In this document: piece by piece, positions 21,785 to 31,254 of the stretch | How the letters are laid out: the number at the start of each line of letters is the position of its first letter | Position numbering within the stretch: position 1 is the first letter of the stretch | Source: an uncultured Verrucomicrobiae bacterium | Lineage (GTDB): Bacteria > Verrucomicrobiota > Verrucomicrobiia > Limisphaerales > Palsa-1400 | Direction: 5' to 3' | Assembly: GCA_963764165.1 (NCBI GenBank) | Contig: CAVXRD010000002.1 | Span: 1,760,001 to 1,824,000, forward strand | DNA length: 64,000 nt | Notes under the pieces: generated by a model | What the model saw: only the letters and a program-made list of their open reading frames with translations | The model's database searches: none | What the model was told of the DNA's origin: nothing | Translations under genes and position numbers: made by a program

Positions 21785-22885
21785 TTGATCTCTGCATAAT
21801 ATAGTGACACATTATTGTTTTTATGCTAATTTTTGGGCATGGGAAATCCTAAAGGCGTAAAACGCGATTTGGCGCAGTTTGCACGACTGGAACGGCGGCG
21901 CATGAAAGCCGTCAAACTTTTCGACCGAGGCTTGAGCCAGGCCGAGGTCGCCCGCCAAGTTGGCGTCCACCGGCAATCGGTCAGCCGCTGGCATAAGGCT
22001 TGGCAGGACCATGGCGCGCCCTCTCTCAAAAAGGCTGGGCGAGCCGGGCGCAAGCCCCGCCTGACCGACGAGAACTTCCGCCAGTTGGAACGGGCCCTCA
22101 AACAGGGACCCGAAGCCCATGACTTTGGCACCCAGCTTTGGACCACCCGGCGGGTGGCCGCCGTTATCCAACGGTTGACGGGCGTCCAATACCACGAGGA
22201 CCATGTTTGCCGGCTTCTGCAAAAGCTGGGTTGGAGCTGCCAGCGGCCCACCACCCAGGCTCGGCAGCGCCATGAGCGGGAGATCACCCGCTGGCGCAAA
22301 GTGCGCTGGCCGCAGCTTAAAAAAAAGCCCTCCGCGAGAGGCGAATCGTGGTTTTCATCGACGAGAGCGGATTGAGCCAGAAGCCGCACCGGGTTCGCAC
22401 TTGGGCGCCGCGCGGCCAGACCCCGGTATTGCAGTTCGACTTCAACTGGAAAAAGCTTTCGATCATCGCTGGCGTGACGGTCTGGAACTTTTACTTCCGG
22501 CTTTACCCCGGCACCATCAAAGGCCCGCAGGTGATCGAATTCTTGAAACATCTGCAACGCCACATCCCGGGCAAGCTTCTGGTCATTTGGGACGGTGGCC
22601 CCATCCACCGCAGCCGGCTGGTGCGGGACTATGTGGATCAACTGAAAGGCAAAATCTGGGTGGAACGACTGCCTGCCTATGCGCCCGAACTCAATCCCAC
22701 CGAGTATGTCTGGGGTTACTTCAAGCAGCACGAGTTGCCCAATCTTTGCGCGGCCGACCTGGCGAAGTTGAGTCATTGCGGGCGCAAGGCCCTGAGCCGG
22801 ATGCGGCGCAGACCCAAATTGGTCACTGCCTTCTGGAAGCAAGCCGAGCTTTGGTGATATTGTCACTATATTATACAGAGATCAA
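21785..22885 (+). mobile_element. IS630-family insertion sequence (about 1.1 kb)
   Basis: 25-bp TIRs TTGATCTCTGCATAATATAGTGACA / TGTCACTATATTATACAGAGATCAA (1 mismatch), flanked by duplicated TA (21783-84, 22886-87); reconstructed target CTTAAG. Confidence 0.95.
21839..22857 (+). CDS. IS630 transposase, HTH ORF and DDE ORF joined by a -1 frameshift
   Basis: ORF1 HTH (LSQAEVARQVGV, WTT); A8G run at 22319-22327; the -1 frame continues KALRERRIVVFIDESG...WDGGPIH...YAPELNPTE. Confidence 0.9.
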
Positions 22886-23003
22886 TAAGTTTCTGATAAA
22901 TCACCGAAAGGTGGATCCGCATTTTCCGCCAGAGCCAGTCGGCGGGACACCGACTGGAGGCGGCCGAACGGTCGCGCTAGCCTTCTCAACTGCATCGATG
23001 CGG

Positions 23004-23561
23004 CTAAGCCCGCTCCATGTATTTGCCGGTGCGGGTATCTACTTTGATTTTCTCACCCGTCTTGATGAACAACGGGGCTTGAACCGTGATGCCCGTTTCC
23101 AAGGTGATCGGCTTCTGGACGTTGTTGGAAGAATCGCCGCGAATTCCATCCGGAGCATCCGTCACTGTCAAAATCACACTCGAAGGCAATTCGATCGTAA
23201 CGGGTTTCTCGTTGACGTAGGTGATTGTAACCATCGCGTTCTCGACCAAATAGTTCTTGGCATCGCCCACGATTTCGGGTCCAACGGTCGTCGTCTCGAA
23301 CGTTTCCGGGTCGGAAAAAACATAGTCGTCGCCATCTTTGTAGCTGAAGTCCACCTTGCGCGTCATCATTGGGATGACTTCGATTTTTTCGGTGGAACTG
23401 AAGCGGACGTCCGAGGTTTTGCCGGTCTTGATGCTGCGGAGAGAGGCTTGCACGAAGGCGCGCAGGTTGCCGGGCGTCCGGTGCTGGGTGTCCAAGACGA
23501 CTGTGACGTCGCCATTATGAATGATCGCCATCCCTTTGCGTAAATCGTTTGCTGATGCCAT
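23004..23561 (-). CDS. efp: Translation elongation factor P
   Basis: ANDLRKGM, HRTPGNLRAFVQ, RGDS, LETG..VQAPLFI..GEKIKVDTRTGKY. Confidence 0.95.
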   Translation of the reverse strand: MASANDLRKGMAIIHNGDVTVVLDTQHRTPGNLRAFVQASLRSIKTGKTSDVRFSSTEKIEVIPMMTRKVDFSYKDGDDYVFSDPETFETTTVGPEIVGDAKNYLVENAMVTITYVNEKPVTIELPSSVILTVTDAPDGIRGDSSNNVQKPITLETGITVQAPLFIKTGEKIKVDTRTGKYMERA

Positions 23562-23652
23562 AAATAAATGTAAATTCGCCTCCGCCGATTGTTCGGACGG
23601 TGGAACGTCGAACATACGTATAAAGCGGTGAAAAGCAAGGAATTTCTAAGCC

Positions 23653-24859
23653 ATGTTATCGCTCGAAGAAGCGCTCGCCAGAATTCTTGACGCAGCCCAC
23701 CCGCTGCCGCCGGAATCGGTGCGGCTGGACTATGCGTTCGGGCGGTTTCTCGCCGCGCCGGTGGTTTCTGGAATCGCGCTTCCACCCGCCGACAACTCCT
23801 CCATGGATGGCTACGCCGTCCGTTCCGACGATTTGAAACTGGCCACGGCTGAGTCGCCCGCAACGCTGCGAATCACCGGCCATGCCCCGGCCGGAGTTCT
23901 TATTGACACCTGTGTGGTGCCGGGAACCTGCGTTCGAAATTTTCACGGGTTCCGTCCTGCCTGCGGGCGCGGATGCGGTGGTGATGCAGGAAGATGTTGT
24001 GGTGGACGCCGGTTCGCCGGAACTCGTGAGCTTCCGAGAGAAAGTCGCGCCTTGGGAGAATGTCCGGTTCCGCGGAGAAGACGTCAAGCAGGGTGACACG
24101 CTGGTTGAAGCGGGGGAAAAATTAACCGAGCCGCGGCTAAGCCTGCTGGCTGCGGCCGGTCATGGCATCGTGACGACGACGCGCCAACCGATCGCCGGTT
24201 TCATCGCCACGGGCAATGAACTGCAGGAGGGCGGAAATCCGCTGGCGCCGGGCGCGATTTACGAAAGCAACCGAATCGGCCTGGCGGCCTTGGCGCGTCG
24301 GGCCGGCGCCATCGCAAAAATCTATCCCATCGTGCGCGACGATTTTGCGGCCACACGCGAAGCGCTGGAACTCGCCTTTTCAGAGTGCGACCTCGTTGTC
24401 AGCACGGGCGGCGTTTCGGTTGGCGATTTGGATTGGGTCAAGCCGGCCTTCGAGGCGATGGCGGGCAAATTGGAATTTTGGAAAGTGGCGATTCGACCGG
24501 GCAAACCGTTTGCGTTCGGCCATTGGCAGGGGAAATTCTTTTTTGGCCTGCCGGGAAATCCGGTTTCGGCGATGGTGACCTTCACGCTGCTGGTTCGCCC
24601 CGCGCTATTGCGGCTTCAAGGCGCGCGGGAAGTGGGTCCGCGCCCGATTCAAGCCGAGCTCGCCGAGCCGCTGAATAATCCCACCGACCGGCGGCACTTC
24701 ATGCGCGTGGCGCTTGACGCCGGGGGCAAGGCTCGGCTGGCGGGCGCCCAGGCTTCGCATATCTTGAGCGGATTGTCCCGGGCGGACGGATTGGTGAGTG
24801 TCAGCCCGAAATCAACGCTGCCGTTTGGAACCATTGTCGACGTGATTCCGTGGAGTTAG
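23653..24859 (+). pseudogene. moeA: Molybdopterin molybdotransferase MoeA, split by a 1-nt insertion (pseudogene or sequence error)
   Basis: Frame 1 gives DNSSMDGYAV...GTCVR; frame 2 continues IFTGSVLPAGADAVVMQE, TGGVSVGDLD, GLPGNPVS; extra A in CGAAATTTTC at 23935-23944. Confidence 0.85.
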
Positions 24860-25011
24860 CCAGCCGTTCCACACTTGATTTTGGATCAATTCGCCAGCTT
24901 CATTGTCGGATTCATTTGCAGGCTTGGCCTTTTTTGTGTCAAAATAACGCGTGGCGTCCAAAAGAATTCCAAGCCCATTCAGAATACAAATTTGATATGC
25001 GTAAATTTGCC

Positions 25012-28000
25012 ATGAAATTGAAGTTTTATTTGATTGCGGCAGTTATGTTGACAGACGCCTTGGTATCTGTGGCTGACGCTCAAACTTCGCCGACTTTGTA
25101 TTGGACAAACCCCGCTCCCATTATGTACGGGACGCCTCTAAATTCCAACCAGTTGGACGCTACGGCAAGCGTGCCAGGCTCCTTTGCCTACAACCCGACA
25201 AATGGCACATTGCTCAACACAGGCACTAATTCGCTTGCGGTTATCTTCACACCCTCCGACACGGTAGATTACGGCAGCGTCACCGATTCAGTGAGCCTGG
25301 TTGTTACTCCGTTGCCGTTGCAAGTGACGGCGTCCAACGCCAGCCGCCAAGTGAGCGCGGCCAATCCAGCTTTCAAGGGATCCATCAAAGGTTTGACCAA
25401 TGGCGATAATATAACGGCAACTTACACTACCACCGCCACGGCGGGCTCACCGGCAGGAACCTATCCCATCACGCCCACGCTGGCAGACACGAACAACCGC
25501 CAAACCAACTACACCGTCACTCTGGTGAATGGCACACTAACCGTAACGAACGCCTCCAGTTACGTCTCTCCCTACACCTTCGCGACACTGGCCGGCCAAC
25601 CCGGCGTTTCAGGCACCAACGATGGGACAGGCGCCGCCGCTCTTATGAGTCATCCCAACGGGGTTGCCTTGGATAGCGCGGGTAACATCTACATCACGGA
25701 TATAGACAACGAGATCATACGGCTGGTCACACCTGAGGGAATGGTAACGACGCTGGCCGGACGGGACGGCGTGGCTGGCACCAATGACGGGGCGGGCAGC
25801 GCGGCGCTTTTTCATACGCCGTTGGGGGTGGTGGTGGACAGTGCCACCAACCTCTATGTATCGGACTATAGCAGTGACACCATTCGAAAAGCAAGTCCGG
25901 TGGGAACGAATTGGGTGGTGACGACGTTTGCCGGGCAGCCGGGCGTTGCAGGCACCAATGACGGATTGGGAAGCGCCGCGCAATTCTCAAACCCCAACGA
26001 ATTGGCGATGGACAGCGCGGGCAACATTTATGTGGCGGACGAAGGCAACGAGACGATCCGGCGAATCACACCCGCTGGGATGGTCTCAACCCTGGCCGGA
26101 AATCCGGGCATTGCCGGCAACTCAAATGGAATTGGGAGCGCGGCGCTCTTTCGCACTCCGTCCGGAGTGGCGGTGGACAGCGCTGGAAATGTGTACGTTG
26201 CAGATTGGGGCAACGACATGATACGAAAGCTCGCGCCTTCAGGGACAAATTGGGTGGTCTCGACACTGGCGGGCCTCGCAGGCACGACTGGCAGCGCGGA
26301 TGGGACGAACACCGGGGCGCGATTTTATGAGCCGAATGACATTGCTGTGGACGGTGCGTCCAACCTCTACGTATCGGATTACCTTAACAACTCAATCAGG
26401 AGGATCGAGCCGGTTGGAACTAACTGGGTGGTGACGACGATCGGAGGATTGCCGGGCGTTTACGGCACCAACGATGGGACGGGCAGCGCCGCGCGGTTTG
26501 ATGAACCGGCTGGTTTGGCAGTGGATGTTAATGGAGTCCTTTACGTCGCGGACCCATCCAGCGATACAATCCGGAAAGGGTACTTGCCGCCCTTCATCAC
26601 CGCTTCTCCGGCGTCTGAGACGGTCGCCGCGGGCTACAATTTGACCTTGAGCGTGACGGCGGGCGGCACTGGTCCATTGAGTTACCAATGGCTCTTCGAT
26701 GGGACAAATCTCAACGGCGCAACCAGCTCTGAACTCACCGTGAGCAACGTTCAACAAATCGATGCGGGCGATTATCAAGTGATTGTTTCCAGTCCCTACG
26801 GCTCGATTACAAACGCAGCACCCGCCATCCTGGTCGTCGAGCCCGCCTTGGCGGTCTACACTTTTGCGGGGCTTCCCGGAACCAACGGGGCGGGCTCCGG
26901 TGTCGGCACCAATGCGCAATTCTACTATCCGACAACCCTGGCGATGGATGCGTCGGAGAATTTATATATAGCCGATGCCGACAATAACGAAATTCGTTAC
27001 ATGACGCCCGCAGGAGTGGTGAGCGTCCTGGCAGGCTTGGCAGGCGTCAGCGGGACAAATGACGGCGTTGGCTCCGCTGCGCGGTTTTCGGGACCCAATG
27101 GAGTGGCGGTGGACGGCTCGGGGCATGTCTTTGTGGCCGACACCGGAAACAACACCATCCGTGAAATCATGCTCGTCGGCACAAACTGGGTGGTCAGCAC
27201 CATCGCCGGATCGGCCGGGCTCACCGGCACGAACGACGGAGCGGGACATGCGGCGAGGTTTAATACCACCAAGGGCGTGGCCGTGGACAGTGGGGGCAAT
27301 GTCTATGTGGCGGATCAAATCAATAACACCATTCGGAAACTCGTGCCAAGCGGGACGAACTGGACGGTCAGCACGCTGGCCGGGTCGCCGACAGTCAGCG
27401 GCAGCGCCAACGGAACGGGCGCCGCCGCGCGGTTTAACTCTCCCCGCAACGTGGCCACGGACGCCGCGAGCAATGTTTACGTGGCAGACTGGAACAATTA
27501 TACGGTGCGCAAGGTGACGCCCGCCGGAGTCGTGAGCACCCTGGCCGGATTGGCTGGCAATGCCGGAAGTGCGGATGGCATCGGCGGGGCCGCCCGATTT
27601 TACTCTCCTCATGGGATGGCCGTGGACAAGGCGACCAATGTCTATGTGGCCGATTTTTATAACTCAACAATTCGGAAAATCACTCCTGCAGGCGTTGTTA
27701 CCACGGTGGCCGGACTTCCCGGAAGCCCTGGCAGCGTCGATGGGATCGGCATCAGCGCGCAACTCAACGATCCCTGCTCGTTGTGTTGCGACAAGGCTGG
27801 CAGCAACTTTTTCATCGCCGACACCAGCAACCATGCGATTCGCAAAGCGGTGTATGATTATGGCGAACCGATCGTTTTGCAGGAACCGCAGAGCATCACG
27901 GCTGCCGTTGGTGGCGCAGTCTCATTCAGCGCGATCGCCTCCAATTCGCTGTCTGCCTCCTACCAATGGTTTTTTGATGGAACAAACTTTGCCGACAGCG

Positions 28001-28626
28001 ATAACCCCCTCTTCACTGTCTCCAACACGCAGTTCAGCAACGCGGGCAACTATGGCCTCATTGCCTCCAATGGGGTCGGAGCAACCACAAACCCAATTGT
28101 GACACTTGCCGTGGTTCCCCTCATCATCAATCCGCAACCCGCCAGTCTGACTGCCGTTGCCGGCTCAAACGCTGCCTTTTCAGTGGGCGTGTCGGGTTTG
28201 GGCCCATTCAGCTATCAGTGGCAGATGGGAGGAACAAACCTGGCGGACAATTCTCGCATCAACGGTTCGCAATCGAATGAGCTTGCCATTTCGAATCTGG
28301 CTGTTGCCGATGCCGGTTCCTACCAAGTCATAGTCACGAACGCTTACGGCGCCGTAACAAGCACGGTTGCCACCCTGGGTCTTTTGGGAACGCCAGTGGC
28401 ATTTGCCACTAATCCGGGCAGCATCTACTACGCCCATGGGTTGCTCACGCTGCAACTGACGAACCTGGCCGGTCAAGGAGCCATTCTGATCGAGGCGTCA
28501 ACGAATTTAACCGCGTGGGTTCCCATTCATACCAACCCCGCGAGCTTCGGCGCGATCCAGTTTACCGATTCCGGCGCAAGCAACTATTCGCAACGCTATT
28601 ATCGCGCCGTAGTTTCGCCACAGTGA
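25012..28626 (+). CDS. Secreted MBG/NHL-repeat/Ig-domain protein
   Basis: Signal peptide (alternative start 24997); MBG-like YG..NP/GTYPIT; two NHL clusters with GTNDGTG.AARF..P.GVAVD; Ig domains; C-terminal ASTNL..W..RYYR. Confidence 0.9.
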   Translation: MKLKFYLIAAVMLTDALVSVADAQTSPTLYWTNPAPIMYGTPLNSNQLDATASVPGSFAYNPTNGTLLNTGTNSLAVIFTPSDTVDYGSVTDSVSLVVTPLPLQVTASNASRQVSAANPAFKGSIKGLTNGDNITATYTTTATAGSPAGTYPITPTLADTNNRQTNYTVTLVNGTLTVTNASSYVSPYTFATLAGQPGVSGTNDGTGAAALMSHPNGVALDSAGNIYITDIDNEIIRLVTPEGMVTTLAGRDGVAGTNDGAGSAALFHTPLGVVVDSATNLYVSDYSSDTIRKASPVGTNWVVTTFAGQPGVAGTNDGLGSAAQFSNPNELAMDSAGNIYVADEGNETIRRITPAGMVSTLAGNPGIAGNSNGIGSAALFRTPSGVAVDSAGNVYVADWGNDMIRKLAPSGTNWVVSTLAGLAGTTGSADGTNTGARFYEPNDIAVDGASNLYVSDYLNNSIRRIEPVGTNWVVTTIGGLPGVYGTNDGTGSAARFDEPAGLAVDVNGVLYVADPSSDTIRKGYLPPFITASPASETVAAGYNLTLSVTAGGTGPLSYQWLFDGTNLNGATSSELTVSNVQQIDAGDYQVIVSSPYGSITNAAPAILVVEPALAVYTFAGLPGTNGAGSGVGTNAQFYYPTTLAMDASENLYIADADNNEIRYMTPAGVVSVLAGLAGVSGTNDGVGSAARFSGPNGVAVDGSGHVFVADTGNNTIREIMLVGTNWVVSTIAGSAGLTGTNDGAGHAARFNTTKGVAVDSGGNVYVADQINNTIRKLVPSGTNWTVSTLAGSPTVSGSANGTGAAARFNSPRNVATDAASNVYVADWNNYTVRKVTPAGVVSTLAGLAGNAGSADGIGGAARFYSPHGMAVDKATNVYVADFYNSTIRKITPAGVVTTVAGLPGSPGSVDGIGISAQLNDPCSLCCDKAGSNFFIADTSNHAIRKAVYDYGEPIVLQEPQSITAAVGGAVSFSAIASNSLSASYQWFFDGTNFADSDNPLFTVSNTQFSNAGNYGLIASNGVGATTNPIVTLAVVPLIINPQPASLTAVAGSNAAFSVGVSGLGPFSYQWQMGGTNLADNSRINGSQSNELAISNLAVADAGSYQVIVTNAYGAVTSTVATLGLLGTPVAFATNPGSIYYAHGLLTLQLTNLAGQGAILIEASTNLTAWVPIHTNPASFGAIQFTDSGASNYSQRYYRAVVSPQ

Positions 28627-28670
28627 AGACGCAATGGCGCCAGACGGCATTGAAGCTGCCTTTCCAAATT

Positions 28671-29993
28671 TCAATAAATCGAAACCATGGCGATGGCATT
28701 TTCGACGGTCTTCACCGCATTGTCCGTGCGCATGCCGGGTGAACCAAGATTCAGCCCCTTGACCGATTGCAACAGGCGCAAGGCGTGCAGCGATTTCACC
28801 GCGTAGTTGACATTCTGCGGAACGACACCGGAAGTTTCGAGCATCGCCATGTCGTTCATGCGCGCCACCACCACGCCGACGACCTGGCCTTGAATGTCGC
28901 AGAGCGGGCCGCCGGAATTTCCCGGCTGCACCGGGACGCTGATTTGATATTCGCTCGCGTCATCCTGCATGCCGGCGAGGCTGCTGATTTTGCCGTCCGT
29001 GTATTTTGGCTCGACGCCCTGAATTTGGATGTTCGGAAAACCGATCGTAAAGACTTCCTGCCCGAGATCGGCGGTTTCCTTGCGCGAAATCGCCAGCGGC
29101 TCAAATGTTCCCTGACCATCCACTTTCAAGAGCGCCAGATCATTGGTCAAATCCTCCACCACGACTTTGGCCGGAAATGTTTTGCGTGAAGGAAACACAG
29201 TGACTTCGATTTTCACCGCGTCTTTGACAACGTGATGATTCGTCAGCAAGTAGCCATCGCGCGTCACAAAAAATCCCGAGCCAATCGCGTGGACATGCTT
29301 ATGATCCGGCAGGGCGGAAAATGAGTGGCGGTGCGCTTCTTTGGGTGGGTTCAATGAAGGCGCGAAAGCGATTCCGTCTTGGAGAATTTGCGTTGGCACC
29401 TCGCTGCGCGCGCAGGCGCGGCCCGCATCGTAGCTGCGAACGGTGCGCTCCCCGGAGCGGCTGGTGATGACCATGGGCCCCAAAGCCTTCACATAAACGG
29501 ACACCCTATCGCCATCCGCATAGACCGTCGGCAGGTTATGAATCACGACGTAGATGGGAGACGCCGCCGTGGTGCTGGCCAATTCCGCCAGCGCGCCCTC
29601 GGGGGTCACCGACAAAAGCTTTGCATTGTTGAGCTTGACCCAATTGGCCTGGGGCTTCCGCAAATCGTAAACCACGCCCTCCACTTCGCGGAACATCCCG
29701 TTGCGCACAGCGTCCTCGAATTCCTGCGTTTTGTGCCGGAGCGCCTGGGCGGCGGCTTCGGTGATTTCCGCCTGGCTGATGCCCCAGGAGTCGAGAAAGG
29801 CTTTCGAGAGTTTTGAAGCCGGCACCGTCGCGCCGCCGGCTGGATACGTCAGCACCACGCGCCCGCCGCCGATGATGTGCGCGTCCTGAATATCCACATA
29901 CGAGGTGCCATCCACGGTGACGGCGGTGATTTTCGGGCCCGCCCAGCACGGCAACACGAAGGCGGCAAGCAGCAACGCGGCCAGAAATCTCAT
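28671..29993 (-). CDS. Secreted trypsin-like (S1C) serine protease with a long N-terminal region, no PDZ
   Basis: GSGFF, LTNHHV, DLALL, QPGNSGGP; signal peptide MRFLAALLL. Confidence 0.88.
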   Translation of the reverse strand: MRFLAALLLAAFVLPCWAGPKITAVTVDGTSYVDIQDAHIIGGGRVVLTYPAGGATVPASKLSKAFLDSWGISQAEITEAAAQALRHKTQEFEDAVRNGMFREVEGVVYDLRKPQANWVKLNNAKLLSVTPEGALAELASTTAASPIYVVIHNLPTVYADGDRVSVYVKALGPMVITSRSGERTVRSYDAGRACARSEVPTQILQDGIAFAPSLNPPKEAHRHSFSALPDHKHVHAIGSGFFVTRDGYLLTNHHVVKDAVKIEVTVFPSRKTFPAKVVVEDLTNDLALLKVDGQGTFEPLAISRKETADLGQEVFTIGFPNIQIQGVEPKYTDGKISSLAGMQDDASEYQISVPVQPGNSGGPLCDIQGQVVGVVVARMNDMAMLETSGVVPQNVNYAVKSLHALRLLQSVKGLNLGSPGMRTDNAVKTVENAIAMVSIY

Positions 29994-30390
29994 GGCGCAA
30001 ATATCACACAGATGCAGCGTGCTTTCAACTGCATGGTTGCGCTGCTTGCGAGTTCCGCCCGGGATCCCATATAGCATCAACTTGACAACGGGCCAACCGG
30101 GGGGGCAGCGTCGAGCTAATGCGCGGACTTCACGGATGATCCGCAAGTAGGGCAATTGCAATGAACGCGCCGGACGTTCGCCGGACCGCCTTTATTTTGA
30201 TCGAGTTGACCCAGCTCCGCTCCGCTCACAGCGAAATCGCGCGCCTCACCCACTTTCAATCACACCCCTCCACTGTGTTTTTGAATTCCGTAGCAGACTT
30301 TGAGGAAGCATCGTGCTATGGTGTCATCAGTTTGCTGAATCCAAACCAGGCGCCGTTTGGCCGCCAGCGGGTGAGCCGGAACATGCAACG

Positions 30391-31125
30391 ATGAGCAGCG
30401 TCATTTTAGAATCCGCCAGTCAATTCGCCACCACCCGGTGGAGCGTGGTGCTGCTGGCAGGCCAGGAAATATCGCCGGGCAGCGAGGCGGCGCTGGAGAA
30501 GCTGTGCCGCGGTTACTGGCATCCCGTGTGCGCTTTTGCCCGGCGGAAAGGCTGGAACGAGGAGGATGCCAAGGATTTAACCCAGCAATTCTTTGCCAGC
30601 CTTCTGCGGCGGAAGGACATCAGCGGACTTGATCCCAGAAAGGGAAAATTTCGCACGTTCCTGCTGACCGCCTTCACCCATTTTCTGGCCAATGAATATG
30701 ATCGCGCCACCGCCCAGAAACGGGGTGGAGGCTGCACGATGCTTTCGTTGGATTATCTTCCCGCCGATGCCTTGGGAGGGCTTTCCCGGGCGGAGGATGT
30801 CGCGCCCGACACGGTTTACGACATGCGCTGGGCGCAAACGATTCTGCAAGCCGCGCTGCGCCAGTTGAAAGAGGAAATGTCCAGGGCCAACAAGCAAGAC
30901 CAGTTCGACGAATTGAAACCGTTCCTGACGGCCAATGCCGCCGCGGGCGAGTACTCGCAGGTCGCACAAAAGCTGGGAGTGGCGGCTTCGGCGGCGCCCG
31001 TGCTGGTGCATCGGCTGCGCCAGCGATACCGGGAATTGGTGCGCGCTGAAGTGGCGCAGACTGTCTGCGGCCCCCTGGAATTGGAGGAGGAAATGCGCTA
31101 TTTGTTTTCGGTGCTGAACCAGTAG
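30391..31125 (+). CDS. ECF sigma-70 factor of the Ser/Thr-kinase-associated type
   Basis: FATTRWSVV, DAKDLTQQFF, KGKFRTFL, region-4 HRLRQRY; directly upstream of an STK. Confidence 0.88.
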   Translation: MSSVILESASQFATTRWSVVLLAGQEISPGSEAALEKLCRGYWHPVCAFARRKGWNEEDAKDLTQQFFASLLRRKDISGLDPRKGKFRTFLLTAFTHFLANEYDRATAQKRGGGCTMLSLDYLPADALGGLSRAEDVAPDTVYDMRWAQTILQAALRQLKEEMSRANKQDQFDELKPFLTANAAAGEYSQVAQKLGVAASAAPVLVHRLRQRYRELVRAEVAQTVCGPLELEEEMRYLFSVLNQ

Positions 31126-31196
31126 CCGGCGGGCTTCAGGGCTGGCGCGATGTTGACACCCTATACCAAGGCATAGCGGCGGGAAGCCTTTTTTTC

Positions 31197-31232
31197 TGTA
31201 ATCGCCATCGGCTTTTCCTTCTTAGAGAGGTA
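31197..31232 (+). promoter_or_regulatory. Candidate ECF promoter, copy 1
   Basis: TGTAATC-N14-CTTCTTAGA-GAG-GTA; same architecture at 34338. Confidence 0.6.
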
Positions 31233-31254
31233 TATAAGACCGGACTCTCAACCT

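Noticed and set aside
22203..23543. 446-aa ORF crossing the IS630 end and efp
   Set aside because: Spans an IS boundary and is antisense to efp; no recognisable motif
25560..27860. Recurrent DNA repeats suggesting a CRISPR or tandem array
   Set aside because: They are codon-level echoes of NHL protein repeats; no constant repeat-spacer structure and no cas genes
30161..30394. ORF with RRTAFILIEL, resembling a prepilin cleavage motif
   Set aside because: No hydrophobic helix follows; at most a remnant, and not supportable
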